Source: Antedon mediterranea (lineage: Eukaryota; Animalia; Echinodermata). From it: a DNA stretch of 64,000 nucleotides. Positions 38,129 to 52,510 of this stretch are shown one piece after another. The translations under genes and the position numbers were made by a program. Location: positions 15,376,001 to 15,440,000 of the forward strand of contig NC_092674.1 in the NCBI RefSeq assembly GCF_964355755.1. Direction: 5' to 3'. Each line of letters begins with the position of its first letter. The stretch's first letter is position 1. Below the pieces are notes generated by a model that saw only the letters and a list, made by a program, of their open reading frames with translations, did no database searches and was not told the origin of the DNA.

Positions 38129-40548
38129 TTGTTTGATAAACCTATTTTCATGTTTGCTGCCCTCTTTGGCAATACAATTTAATGTATCTGTATTACTAAT
38201 CATGTGACTACCAATACATACGTGTACAGCATTTAGTCTTAAAAAATGAGGTTCAAAATATAAATTGTTTTTATCTATCAACATTAAAATATTCTATTGG
38301 AATTTTCTAATTTTTTATTTTTTTTTATTTCGGCAAATACAAACATAAACCGACAACAATATAAATAGCATGGTTGCGCTGATTAGGCGTGTCACTCAAA
38401 AAATGAAAATAATGAACAAATAAATTGATATGGTTCTAAAATAATTTGTTGAAATATCTTTAAAATGGATCCAACTTTTTGTAATTGATGTGTTTTCACA
38501 GTAAATCAAAACTTTCAAGTCAATGAAATTAGCTGTTTTTATTTGAAAACCACTGGAAATGTATTAATATATACATTTCTGAGAAAAGGCTATCGCATAC
38601 AAAATAATTTTCATAACACTAATGTACTTTTCAGAACTCAACATAATTTAATTAAATTTACTTAAATATAGGAGAAAATAGATCATGAAACTAACAGTAA
38701 CACTAACTAACTTTTATTTGATGTTTTAGCATTTTATGCCCTACATCAGCCCTGTAGGCTTATTTCAATATAAAAATATTTTATATTATTTTATATTAAA
38801 ATATGTTGATGTAGGCTACAAAGACTGTGTAACTGTATCACTTGTATAACAAATTGTACAGGATAACATCAAGCTTAACATCATTTGGTTTAGAGTATAG
38901 TCACTATATTGCCTAAGGTGGTAGGGTGACATCTTCAAATTACATATACCTCCTTGGCGGAGGTAAATTATGAATGTAAGGCATCAAACCATGAATACTG
39001 TTCTAACTGTTCAAAGGGCAGAGTAAAGGAATATGATCTTTGTATTGATAAAAGACGTTGTTTAAATAATAATAACTTACCTATCTATCTGTACACAGAT
39101 GAGTCAGTCCATTTATTGCATAACGTAGTAATACTGTTTTTAAAGCATACCTGTAAATGATTTCTTCATCTTGTTTTTTATTTGAACACTTTTAATAAAG
39201 AATATTATTTCATTTATTATATTACCTTGTGTAATGTTTTACTTTTATTTTTACTAAATGAATTTAAATGTCATTTAAAAATTATTATATTAAAATAATT
39301 TTTTTTATACATATCATAAATTAATTTAAGCCTATATTTTGATAAAAAATAATTAAGATGTGCATACTACTCTACTGCTAAATTGAATATTATTCTGTAA
39401 GCAAGTAACAAACCTACTGTAGTTGCAGAATTTTCAAATCAACTATACTAACCAGTAGCTAACACTATTGGAATGCAACCTTTAAGGTTATGTGCAAGTA
39501 CACTCATGCCTTGATCTAAGTACCATGATACAGCTGATCAACTTTTGTATACACTTTAGGTTATATTGCAATTACATAGTCCATCTAATGGCAAGATAAT
39601 AACTTTTCAGATGTCAAATGCACTAGAGAATTTCTTGAATATAAGAAAGTCAGCTGGGCTACTTTGCAAACCCCAGATGTAAAGGCTTTTAAGCCAGGCT
39701 GGCATTTATACATCTGCTCAATGTAGTACAACTCCCAGGCAGGAGCTTTATGTACTGCTAGGCTTCATAAACCAATCTACTTTCAATTTTATTTATCAAT
39801 AATAATAATACATGTGTTAAAGTTATGAATGTTTAAAAAAATGTATATCTTTATAAACATTTTGTTGATGACTGGTTGAATGATCTAATAAATGCATTTT
39901 GTGTATCTCTTTTTAAATGTTTATGTTTTTATTATTATGTTTATATTTAATTGTATTTGTATTGAATCCGAGTTTAGTGATAACACTTTTTGCTTTGCCC
40001 ATGTTAAACTCGACACGCCCTTGTCAATAACGCTTATTGTATTGAATTTAAATAAATATGTAATTTATGGTTATTTAGACTATTAATTATTTCTTTTTAC
40101 ACTTGCATTGCAGAGTGTTAAGTGAATCAACTGAGAATATATTCTTATAGAATCCTCTTATAAAAAAATGTAAAATGTTTAACTGGAAATTAAATATCTT
40201 TGCCACATAATTATTAATAATCATAACAAGAAATATTTCTTACAAAAAACGCTGCTCGCTTATTGACGTAACAGTTTTAAAAGATATATTGTCCCTCTGA
40301 AAAATATTTTTTATTTCAAATTTGTTTTTGAATGTGTCATTTTATTGTCACAAAATAGTTATTTTACCTGAAAAAATGTAATTAAAAGCAAAAAATACTT
40401 TGGTTTTTTGAGTTATAATTAAACGTTTCTTTTCTCTTTTTATAATGTGAATTTTGGTACAGAAGTGAATAACTTTGATATGAAACAGACTCAATTTAGT
40501 TTATTTTATTGCTAAGGTCAAGTCTGGGGGTCACTTCATCACGCCTAA

Positions 40549-41555
40549 GGGCCTGTTCAGACCTACGGAGTTATGCTTTCGTATTGTACGCGGCATACAA
40601 GTCCATAGGTCTGAACCAAGAAAAGATTAGTGGAAGCCACCTCGTACGACACTGATATTTCGTACGCTACGAAAGCTCAAGTTATGAGTTTAGTGGACGT
40701 CGCTTACAATACGAAAGTCACGCATCGATGAATATGACCTAGGTTAGATATCTAGCCAATCAAATTACAATATTCGCCACATCACATCGTGACATGTGCT
40801 CCTCATCGTATAGCCAAGCTGATCCATTTGTTGTGATCGGTGAACGTGCAAAAAAATCATACCTTTTGTTGGTTGTTACACTAGGTATACAGTATTATTA
40901 TTATTAATATTATTATATTAATTAATTTAAAATGTCATCGAAGCGTGCGCATTGGCGAGAAACCAAAGTAAAATACCTTATTTCATTGTGGGGAAGCCCT
41001 GAGTTTAGAGATCGGTTGGAAGTGAAAAACTGGCGTAAAAGCACCGGCAACAAGATGTCTGTGTTCAACGAGATGGCGGACACGTTAGCAGATGGGCCAT
41101 CCTCATAATAAAGAAGGATTTAAATTATATCCAAACGAAATTGGAGGGGTCGTCGTATAAAGCGGCGAAAGACCGAGTAAATAAGTCTGGAGCCGGTGCA
41201 AGTACAGGATTTGAACATTTTTCTGCCATAAATGATATTTTAGGCCTAGACCAAATATAAACCCAAACCCCAAAACGATCGGCTGGTTGCTATGCCTGAC
41301 AACCCATCGATAATGCCGAGCCCAAGTGTTCGGTCTAGGCCTGTAACTCCTACCCCAACCACTACTACTTTTAATAACAACGAAGGTAGGTCTATACGTG
41401 CGTTAGAGTTTGGTTAATCGCCAGCGAGTGACATCATATCCGTTTGTAACGCAACTTCGTTGCAATGAATCTGAACACTTTGCTCTTACGACGCTCATTA
41501 AAATATGACCTTGGCTGTGATACGAAAGCATAACTCCGTAGGTCTGAACATACCC
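40549..41555 (+). mobile_element. PIF/Harbinger non-autonomous element with Myb/SANT-like pseudogene, copy 2 (inverted relative to copy 1)
   Basis: Near-identical reverse complement of 32838-33850; flanks taa/tta. ATG at 40932 gives MSSKRAHWRETKVKYLISLWGSPEFRDRLE..., later YKAAKDRVNKSGAG..FEHFSAINDILG. Confidence 0.88.
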
Positions 41556-42068
41556 TTAGATACTTCAAGTGTGAAGTATCATATTACAAACAAAAACTTT
41601 CATGGACTGTTTTGATAATAATTCAATGATTATCTGACAGCGAAATACAGTATTGTCATGGGACTCATAAATACCAGAAATGCAGCTGGTACCTATAAAT
41701 TATAGTCGAGTTTCCATTTTAGCAAAAATGTCAAAGTGTAGTACTATAACTGCTGCTTGATTTCATCTAATAAATGAGTCATCTCGTGTGACGTAGCGGG
41801 CTAGAGCAGCAGTGTGAAGACTACTGCTTTAACATGTTCTTATTTATGTTTAATATTTTTATAGTAAATAATATTTTTTGAACAGGATTTAATTATTATC
41901 TATGATCAAAATTACCTCTTCAAAGTTTGTGCTGTTGACACTGACTGACTGATATTTAATAGAATTTAGGGATAACTGGGTCATGGTCATACACTGCTTG
42001 GTCATTTTACCTTAATGCACTGTTTTTGTTTTTTTATTGCTATAAAATATCTAATTTTATTTTTTAAG

Positions 42069-42187
42069 GCAAAGTTTCATTACCTTGTGCTTCCTAAAGA
42101 AAACATAACCAATTTGAAGAGACTAAACACAAGCAACATTGAATTACTGAAACACATTCACAAATGTGGAGAAAAAATCATAAAAAA
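42069..42187 (+). CDS. APTX: Aprataxin coding exon 2 (AKFHYLVLPKENITNLKRL...KIIK)
   Basis: ttttttaag| and |gtaagc, 119 nt, phase 0 to 2. Matches APTX ARYHWLVLP..SISSLK. Confidence 0.93.
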
Positions 42188-42702
42188 GTAAGCAACTTTG
42201 CACTTCTATCTAACTCTTTTATTAAATCTGCATTTTAATCAAGAATGATCTATCATATTGCGATGAATGAGTGCACTCCAAGAGTGCTTACAGTACTTCT
42301 TCCTAAAATTTCCCTACATAAAATTTCTTCCAAAAATATTTATTTTTTATTTCTTTTAATGCTGTGTGTTATTATCTGTATCTATCTGTGTCATTATTAT
42401 AATTTTTTATTAAACAAACTCTAGAGTACCGTACCTAGATTGATGCTACAACTCAGATGGGGACAGTTTTTGGTTCATATACTGTACAGTTGTTGACATA
42501 ACAAGTACAACTTGTTGATCATTTGTTCAGATGTAATTATTATTACTATATTAGACCACTCTTATTATAGGCCATTGTCTCGGCAACAAAAAATTATGAT
42601 TTGATTTATGATTAGATTTTTCTAAAACTGTTGTAAATTAAAATAGATTAGAAACGTAAATGGATAGTTCAGCCTTCTCAGGAATTGGAAGGAGGCCTGT
42701 TG

Positions 42703-43647
42703 CACCCACAAATGTGAAAACAACCACAAATGTAAAAACGCATCACCCACAAATGTGAAAACAACCACAAATGTGAAAACGCATCACCCACAAATGTGAA
42801 AACGCATCACCCACAAATGTGAAAACAACCACAAATGTACAAACGCATCACCCACAAATGTGAAAACAACCACAAATGTACAAACGCATCACCCACAAAT
42901 GTGAAAACAACCACAAATGTGAAAACGCATCACCCACAAATGTGAAAACAACCACAAATGTACAAACGCATCACCCACAAATGTAAAAACAACCACAAAA
43001 GTAAAAACGCATCACCCACAAATGTGAAAACGCATCACCCACAAATGTAAAAACGCATCACCCACAAATGTGAAAACGCATCACCCACAAATGTAAAAAC
43101 GCATCACCCACAAATGTGAAAACAACCACAAATGTGAAAACGCATCACCCACAAATTTGAAAACGCATCACCCACAAATGTGAAAACGCATCACCCACAA
43201 ATGTGAAAACGCATCACCCACAAATGTAAAAACGCATCACCCACAAATGTGAAAACGCATCACCCACAAATGTAAAAATGCATCACCCACAAATGTGAAA
43301 ACAACCACAAATGTGAAAACGCATCACCCACAAATGTGAAAACGCATCACCCACAAATGTGAAAACGCATCACCCACAAATGTGAAAACGCATCACCCAC
43401 AAATGTGAAAACGCATCACCCACAAATGTGAAAACGCATCATCCACAAATGTGAAAACCCCGGTGAAAACGCATCACCCACAAATGTGAAAACGCATCAC
43501 CCACAAATGTGAAAAGGCATCACCCACAAATGTGAAAACGCATCACCCACAAATGTGAAAATGCATCACCCACAAATGTGAAAACGCATCACCCACAAAT
43601 GTGAAAACGCATCACCCACAAATGTGAAAATGCATCACCTACAAATG
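42703..43647. repeat. Minisatellite: 23-bp CACCCACAAATGTGAAAACGCAT units interspersed with an 18-bp variant (AACCACAAATGTGAAAAC)
   Basis: About 40 tandem units read directly. Confidence 0.95.
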
Positions 43648-44287
43648 AAGACATTTTCGCCTATTAGGCTATACTATTTTTTCATCCAAAATATTTACAT
43701 TTTACCAAGCCTTGGACTTAGCAGGCTCTGTTAATACGCACCACCTTTCTCCTTTCCTATCGGAATATTGCTGTAGGCCTATTTATTTTAGGCTTCATAT
43801 GTTTTGTTGCTCATTTGCATGTGTTTTATATTATAATATAATTCTAGAAAAGCACACTTGTACACACTGGAAAAGATGTTGGATAGACATTCTTGGATTT
43901 TCTTGAATTCTTTCTTATTCCTACTGTATATTTTTCATTATTTCTATACATTTTTTTTTTCCTTTAAATGAAAATTTATTATCCAGTAACCACAATAGAT
44001 TTCACGTTAATTGTAAAATTGAAAGCAATGCTCCAATTTTATTGTTAATTGCTTTCTTCTTTATGTACTGCCAATTATTGATTTTTCTTTCATCTAATGT
44101 TTTTGTACTACAATGATTTTTAATGTATAACTATAACTATATTGATTTAAATTGTAAATGGAAAATTTTAAGAAAATAATTCCAACAACATTTAGTAATG
44201 TGGGTACAGGGCCATAAATAAATTAAAAATTTATATACAAAAGATTTCACTTTTAATTGTCATAACAAATTTGAAATCAATTTCCAA

Positions 44288-44938
44288 ACTAGAAAGCCAC
44301 TCCGAGAGTGCATACATCCGCCTACTGTAAAATTCTCATACATAGGATTTCTCTGGAAATATACAGTATATACAATATATATATTTTGTGTATCTTAATG
44401 CTGTGTGTGATTTAGGCTAATTTCACTACATGCATGTGTATGAGAGTTTGGTGTAAAAAGGTTTATGTAACAAAGCCTCTCAACTAACAATAGTTTCAGT
44501 TGACCAACAATAGAACAGGAACGCCAACAACAAACGGGTGAATTTAAAAAGAAATAGGTTTTTTAAAACTACTTGTATCAAAATACCTGTTTTAAAATTA
44601 CAAATCACACATTATAACTCTTGCCTTTTTAGACAAGTAGTTCTTGGAAAAATGCAATTTCAGTTTACTTGTTACTTTAAGACTGCTCGCCGGCTTTTGA
44701 AAATTCTATCCTATCTTTCTGAGGTCTAAAAAAAATAATACTAAAAAGTAGTCCAGAATTGGGGCCGTAGTCCGGATTGCCTCCAAAATTGAATGGAGTG
44801 GTCCTTCACCACATATCTATCTGTATTTTCATTTTGGTAATGATCTTGTGATAACTTTTTGAATAATCCTGCAAACAAACCGATAAAACAAACAGACACA
44901 CGTGATCGATTACATATACCTACTTGGCGGAGGTAAAT
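44288..44938 (+). mobile_element. Helentron/Helitron2-associated non-autonomous element (HINE-like)
   Basis: 5' actagaaagccactccgagagtgcatacatccgcc; 3' hairpin tacctacttggcggaggta preceded by an aaac/agac microsatellite. The same 3' end recurs near 38941-38967. Confidence 0.55.
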
Positions 44939-46849
44939 AAAACAGGCATTTGTTTACAAAAAAATTGTACAATAGTAGTTATAGTTAATATAAATAAAAA
45001 GCATATTACTTATTTTAAAAACAACACAGTTTGTTCTATTCATTTGATGATGCATGCAACAAACAATTTTCAGACAAATAATTTCTGTTTAGCAATAGAC
45101 AGATATGATAGTTAAATCTGTCACCCCACCACCAAAACAATATCTTCAAATTAGATCTTGCGCTTGAAAATTTCTCAAGGTTGACAGTTATAGTAGATAG
45201 TAGAAAAGATAATCATAATGTAATCAACATGTCAGTAAAGTGTGTGCATTATTAAATTCTGACACAGATTAAATAATATTTGAACTATTTGCAGATGAGT
45301 ACCTGTTGATCTTGAAAATACTGTAGTACAGAAATAATAATCTATTGCAAATCACTTTTCATTATGGATAGATAAAACTTAAACCATCCAACTGATCTAT
45401 GTTGATAAACTTTGAAGAAACTGGGTGACTTAATGTAGAACTATAAATAAAAAATGATATTCTTTGAAACAGGTTTAGATAGTTTTGTGAGAAGATCATG
45501 TTTGTATATCGTATCGATCGTATATTTATTTATTTTAAAACATTTTTATACAGGATAAAAACAAATATCAGGTATAGAAATTGCATCTGTTTATCTTATG
45601 TTCCATAGATTAAAAAACATTCATAAAAAGACATTAAAACTTACTAATAAAACTCTACTCAATACAAAGAAAAATAGTGCGAGTGTGAAAATTAAAGGTA
45701 TACATAAAATTAGATTTTTCAAAACAAGGATTTCTACAAATATACTAGCAATATATAGTCTAAAAAGAAAATTTGAAAAAGAAATATTTCTAACAAAAAA
45801 CGCCGCTCGCTTTGATATAACAGTTTTAAAGATTTATTGACCCCCTAACAAATATTTTTTTTTTTTCAAATTTGTTTTTTAATATATCTATCTAATCTAT
45901 CTATATTCACTTTAAACCAAAAACTGGATCGAAAAAAAAGAATTATTTACCTGAAAAAAATGTATTTTAAAGCAAAAAATACGTAAATTGTCTGTCAGAC
46001 AATGGTTTTTGGTTAAAATGTATGGTTTCTCTTCTCTTTTTATAATTGAAATAATTATTTTCTTTTCTTTATTAAAACTTCAAAATTACCTACTTAAAGT
46101 CTGATTGTATTAATCTTTATTTTTCATTTTTTTGGGGGACAATACATCTTAAATTATTGTTCTTTAGAAATGATTATTTTTGTTTAAAAATCAGTAGTAA
46201 ACATTTTGTGTAACGTAAATATATAGTCTGACTGTACAGAACAAAAATATAATCTTAAACTAGACTATGTAGTGTACTGTGAGTAGATAGTAGTTCACTT
46301 AACCACATAAAAATAGAAAAAAGTATCCTACTTTAAATTTATTTAATTCAAATCACTCAAAGCAAATAATACCACCAAGGTTGATTTTACAGATTACCGT
46401 CTACATGCATCTCAATAATACTGTATTATCAGCAAATGTTTTCATAAACTCTTTTCTCCAGACATGCTTTGTAATGTAATTTGTAATTTGAGCATGACCC
46501 TTCCAAGTTTACAAAATTCCAAAACTGTCAGCCTCTAGAACTATAGCTTCCACTTGATATAGCTTCTGAATGAGTATTCCTCTGGGAATATAGCTGGCTA
46601 ATGCCGCAGTGCGAAATACAATTTATAAATATATATTAAAAAACACCTGATTGTATTCCTGGAATTTGATTGGTTAATTACACATCACATGTCATTTAGA
46701 ATTAGCCCTACCTAATGGAATTGATATCTAAAGCCGGTTTTCCACTGGGCAAATTTATGAATTTTAAGAAGGCTCTTAAACGTGACATCGACTGTACATC
46801 ATTTTAGTCTGTAAGAGAATTCCAAAATGATGTTGGAGCTGCATGAGAG

Positions 46850-47290
46850 AAAGAATGGTGAAAGGGAGTGTGATAAAGTGAGACCATCATCAATGTATCT
46901 CTGTGTCAGGCCGAGGCAGGATTTATATGCAAACATCAATATCTTAAATGAGACACACTCTTTCACTGGGAGCCAAGTGTAGTTCACATAAGATGTGATC
47001 TGTACGTTTACATAAACATACTAGCTGTGCTATTTTGTACCATCTGTAAGCAGGGTCTTGGGCAGTGTGACATGAAGACAATTGCAGTGGTACAGTTGTG
47101 GTTTTATAAATACTACAGTTTTTGGAAGTAGAAGTGCAGGAAATGATAGAGGCATGTGACAGTGAGTGAATACCGGTAGTATATGGTTGGAGGAGTGAGG
47201 TAGAGTTTGCGGTCTGGATAAATTTGCAAATGCACAAAAATATAAGGGTTCATGTAAAATTGACAGGCTTTGAGTAATCATGGATTATGG
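46850..47290 (-). mobile_element. Degenerate L2-like LINE 3' fragment
   Basis: Frameshifted DHIL.ELH/WLPVKECVSFKILMFAYKSCLG motif. Confidence 0.65.
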
Positions 47291-47490
47291 GATAATTTAT
47301 CTACTTGGTACAAGATTTTACTTCTTGTTTTTTAGCTTTTAGCTAGTGCACTTTTAGTTGTATTTGTCTGTAAATAAATACATTCTCTAAAGGTAAAACT
47401 ATATATGTTTGTTAAGTTAGGCCACAAGTATTTATTATACTACTATAATCAATATGTGTAATGTGGTCTTACCATTTAATTTTTTTTCAG

Positions 47491-47544
47491 GGCTGCTGGT
47501 GGCCGAAAAATTCGATTAGGATATCATGCTGTTGCAAGTATGAG
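47491..47544 (+). CDS. APTX: Aprataxin coding exon 3 (AAGGRKIRLGYHAVASMS)
   Basis: ttttttttcag| and |gtactg, 54 nt, phase 2-2. Matches RLGYHAIPSMS. Confidence 0.92.
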
Positions 47545-47895
47545 GTACTGTAAATCCTTGTTTAAAAGTGGAGATGTATCTCTTTGCATTAAGAGCTTGA
47601 TCTTATTTTTTCACAAAATGACATGAACTTTAAAGTAGAACTACTAGGATAATTTGTTTAATATTTATAACTGAATGAAGTTTAAACATATTATAATCTT
47701 TCAATAAGAAACAAAATAAAACATTTTTTTCTGTTTCACTGGAGGGTGGCCAACTGGACCACCCAAATTTGACCTAAAACAGTTTTCAGTTTCTTGTAGT
47801 TTGCATTCAAAGTTACAATACTGTATGCAAGCAAAATTCAAAATGTACCCTACAATTGAAGTTAATTACAAAATATGGAAAATTTTGATTTTCAG

Positions 47896-47999
47896 TCGCC
47901 TACATTTGCATGCTATAACACAAGACTTTGATTCAAGTTGCTTAAAAACTAAGAAACATTGGAACTCATTCACAACCAAGTTCTTTGTAGATTCCGAAG
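47896..47999 (+). CDS. APTX: Aprataxin coding exon 4 with HIT motif ([34 protein letters not shown])
   Basis: ttttcag| and |gtaact, 104 nt. Matches [27 protein letters not shown]. Confidence 0.95.
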
Positions 48000-49800
48000 G
48001 TAACTTTTATTTTAAAATACAGTAGTTAAGGAACGTACAGATGAGTCTAAAGAAAGCTCTGAAGTAAACAGTTTGTTGTAAGCCGTAGGTGAGTGCCTGT
48101 GAAGACATTCATTTATTAAAGTTACTTCAACCTTTTTACAGACAAGTTAAAAATCTCAGGAATAGCGTTGTTTAGATGCAATTATTTCAAAGCTAGTTTT
48201 AAAGCACGATAAATTGTTTATCCATACTGTAATTAATAGCAGAATGGATGTGTATAAATTAAAAAAAAGCATCGTGTGGATGCTCACCGGAAGTAACATG
48301 CGCATATAATTTTATGTTTGACATAACTTTTAACTTGGACGTATAGGCTCTATGAACATAACTTATGTCAATGCTTGCTTATTGGATGAATGGTCAACGC
48401 TTCTACAAAAATCATCAATGCAGTTCACAGCCTGTTTTGTTGATTATATTATTATTATATTCATGGTATCTTTATTAAAGTATCTTTTACAATTACAATT
48501 GAATTAGTTAAATAAACAACAACGATACAATTATGGCACTCATTAATACTAGAAAAAAACATTAAAAAACAAAAACAGTGACTGATTTAGAGATGCTCTG
48601 ATGCTAGAGGCCGCTTGAAAAAATGTTTTTGTACATTTTAACGCAAACGATCGACATAACAAAGTTCTCCTATCTTCAAGCGATTGAAGTTAGAGTATGG
48701 AAAGGGCATCTATTTATAAATTTACATAAGGGCAAAATTCGGTAAATCATGTGTTTACTTGGATGGTATATAAAGTTGGTTCGTAGTTTCGGTACTGATT
48801 ATAATCACCTGATGTAACCCCCGTTTGGTAATTAAATTGAGTTAGATAATTAGTTATTGACAATTAAAACGAATTTAGGTTAAACGTTTTGGTGTTTTCC
48901 GATCGTGGTATACACAGTCTAATGGATGTCCATCTTAATAAATATCGCACACATTCGACAAAATTTGATGGTAAACGTCAATGAGACAGTGGTAGTCGAC
49001 TTGCCTTTCTGATTACTGTACAGTCTTTTGTCAATATTGGCGTGGATAGATGGTAACAGTCGATTAGCTATTAAACGCTCCGTTACCTTGGTCAACGTTG
49101 GGGTGAGAGATGTAGGACGAAGAGCATTAATTGTAGAATGTGATTACGATTACGGTATTATAGCTGTTATACTGTATTAGTTATAACTAATATTACATCC
49201 CCTCGGGTTGGGGAGGAAACAATTTGTTTCAGATCATTTCCAAGATATAAGATCTCAGATCTGTTCTATTAAAGTCGCCCTACATATACCTGCATGTGAT
49301 CTATTATCTAATAAGATCAATCGTCGCCAATAGGTGATCAATTTAAAGTTCAGTGTTCTGCAATCCAGGTGATATATTTACATCAACAATGTCAACATCA
49401 AGAAAAAGACACATGTCCATAACATCATTTTAGTTGGCCTTTTCACCAAGGGTCAGCCAGGCTCTCCTAAATTTCAGCAATTTTTATTGAAGGGTATTCA
49501 CTCAACACATGTATAATTGTTTTAAATAAGTAATACACATGTATAAAACTCTTTGTATGCTTCTTCAATTTCTTCTTCATTTTTGAAAACTAAATTCTGA
49601 CAATAGTAATATGATTTTGAACTTTTAACTGTTAAACTGCTGGTTAATGCTCAGAAAATCTTTTGAAATGAGCTTTTGAAGATATTAATAGTAAATACTT
49701 AGCTTCATCTCCCATGAGGAATGGGGGAAAGGATTTCTTTTTAATGGCAGCTGTTCAAATTTAGCATTCTATTTTCAGCACTACAGGAAACAACTGTCAT

Positions 49801-50536
49801 CAGTCCTTCATACCCCCTTCACCCAACACAATTCATTGTATCAGTCCTTCATACCCCCTTCACCCAACACAATTCATTGTAGCAGTCCTTCATACCCCCT
49901 TCACCCAACACAATTCATTGTAGCAGTCCTTCATACCCCCTTCACCCAACACAATTCATTGTAGCAGTCCTTCATACCCCCTTCACCCAACACAATTCAT
50001 TGTATCAGTCCTTCATACCCCCTTCACCCAACACAATTCATTGTATCAGTCCTTCATACCCCCTTCACCCAACACAATTCATTGTATCAGTCCTTCATAC
50101 CCCCTTCACCCAACACAATTCATTGTATCAGTCCTTCATACCCCCTTCACCCAACACAATTCATTGTATCAGTCCTTCATACCCCCTTCACCCAACACAA
50201 TTCATTGTATCAGTCCTTCATACCCCCTTCACCCAACACAATTCATTGTATCAGTCCTTCATACCCCCTTCACCCAACACAATTCATTGTAGCAGTCCTT
50301 CATACCCCCTTCACCCAACACAATTCATTGTATCAGTCCTTCATACCCCCTTCACCCAACACAATTCATTGTAGCAGTCCTTCATACCCCCTTCACCCAA
50401 CACAATTCATTGTATCAGTCCTTCATACCCCCTTCACCCAACACAATTCATTGTAGCAGTCCTTCATACCCCCTTCACCCAACACAATTCATTGTATCAG
50501 TCCTTCATAGCCCCTTCACCCAACACAATTCCTTGT
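49801..50536. repeat. 41-bp minisatellite, about 18 near-identical copies (CAGTCCTTCATACCCCCTTCACCCAACACAATTCATTGTA[T/G])
   Basis: Read directly; essentially one variable position. Confidence 0.97.
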
Positions 50537-50611
50537 TTCATTTTGTTTATTTTTCTATTTGTTTTAATTTCTAAATTAGTGATACTCTATTTTGTTCTTA
50601 TTTTTATTTAG

Positions 50612-50693
50612 TAATCATTAAACAGCTAGAGGAAAATGGAAAAGTTGATCTAGCGTATTTGAATCCATCAGAATTACTGAAAGCTGAATTAAA
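50612..50693 (+). CDS. APTX: Aprataxin coding exon 5 (VIIKQLEENGKVDLAYLNPSELLKAELK)
   Basis: tttttatttag| and |gtaagt, 82 nt, phase 1 to 2. Confidence 0.9.
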
Positions 50694-52510
50694 GTAAGTG
50701 ATTGTAACAAAATGTTGGCAAAGCTAATATATACATTAGAAATTAATAAATTTAGGGTGTGAGTTATAATTTGGTTAAACTTGGTTCACATATAGACCCG
50801 ATTGATTCTGTCACATGCAACGGAATTGAAACTTGTTGCTGAGGCGCCAATGTGAACATCAATTAAGTACACGGTACCTCGATTATCAGCTTTTGTTGTG
50901 GTAGAATCACATCGTGTAATATTTTTGAGATTTTACAAATGATGGCAAGGTATTAGCAGTAAATTATCATTATGCATGATGATTTTTTTTTTTGAAGAAG
51001 TAAAACATTATTAGTGTTTAGTGGCCTCGGTCCTCAGCATGTAGTCATTGCTAGTTCAGGTACAGGTAGGCTACTGTAGCTACCCAGATGTTGAGTCGGA
51101 GCTTCAATCCAGTGTGTTGGCATTTGAATTAATCATTTGTCACATAAAATTATTCAAGATTGATTCCACTAACTAGTGAGAACCTTATTAGAATTACTGG
51201 ATTATTGGGTTAGACTATAGATAATATTATAATTTTTTATTTTTTGTAATCTTGTCAATAATATATCCTCTGTTGTTAATGATGACTGATTTCAATATAT
51301 TTTTCTTCTGAATATTTTCAATTAATTACAAGTGACAGTTGTAACTAGAAGGTCGATAATAATGTGGTATACTGAACACATAGAGTTCTTTCAATACTTT
51401 AATCCCCCAGGAAAAGATCACGACCATGTGCTGTTTCCTCTTCCTGGCCAATCTGTAAATAAACAATCTGACAGCTATTGGCCTTATTTAATTCGGAGAA
51501 AAACGTGAACATGGATTTCCTCTTTGCCAAGCATGTTTTCCCAGTTCTCAACAGTTGTAATTGAGTAGAATAAATCCAATCAGGTTTAAACATGTTTATT
51601 GATGCCATCTGAGAACCAAATGTGTTACGCCAACATGCTTCTTTTGTGCGTCAGCATATGCTACTCATTCTGTTCTTTTATTGACAAGTCAATGAATGTG
51701 ACACAAATGCTCCTTCTGTGTATCTCCCTCAGCGTAAGAAAATGAATTAGCCAATATTTTCAATTGAAATCATCTGCAATCATTTCCGTTGTGATCAAAT
51801 TGTTACTCTATGTCAATCAACATGAACAGAAAGCCTTTGAACAGGCACATTCTATACTTTCATAGAATATTAACCAGCCTATAGGTGATATAATGTGATT
51901 CCATTGATTCTACTAGTGTCTAAGGCCCTTATTCATGATGTTTTTAGTAAAGGTTTAGTCCGGAACTAAAGATTGTCCCCTTTCATGAATACTGTTTTAA
52001 GATAGTCCTGGAGGTTAGACCCCTTTCATGAATATGTGCCTAAAAATGTTAATGTTTCTACTTGAGGCTATGTTAATTTTTTTCTGTAGGCCTGAAAAAA
52101 ACCCTGAATACATTACATTTGCGCCTTATACTAATAATATAATAATACTAATAGTAAATACTTTGTTGAATGTCATTGAAATATTACAATGGCATGTGGC
52201 GTTACACCTTTACAAGTTTGTATAATTAATAATTAATGCAATAAATAAATTCTAAATATTTGTATTTTGTGTTTAGGATGGGCTTATATCAGAAATGTGC
52301 GCATTAAAAGACGGCAGCCTAGACAGTGTGAACCACGTTAGGAAAACGGCACTATCGGGGCAAATTTATTTAACCTAAACTAAGAGTTACCCATGCTCCA
52401 TACAGTCTTCTGCCTTAAAACAATATGTTCCAGAAATACGATACTGAATTTACCCTTATGTTAATTTATGTATAGAATATTATATACTGTATTATTTTAT
52501 ATCAACGTAG

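Noticed and set aside
42703-43647. CRISPR-like appearance of regular short repeats (also 49801-50536 and 56265-56865)
   Set aside because: Units are head-to-tail with no unique spacers, there are no cas genes, and the context is eukaryotic intron or transposon.
47896-47915. First His of the APTX HIT motif replaced by Arg (RLHLH)
   Set aside because: The catalytic second His and the third His are intact, and the first position is variable in non-vertebrate aprataxins.
50000-50456. Three overlapping repetitive ORFs
   Set aside because: Artefacts of the 41-bp minisatellite inside an APTX intron.
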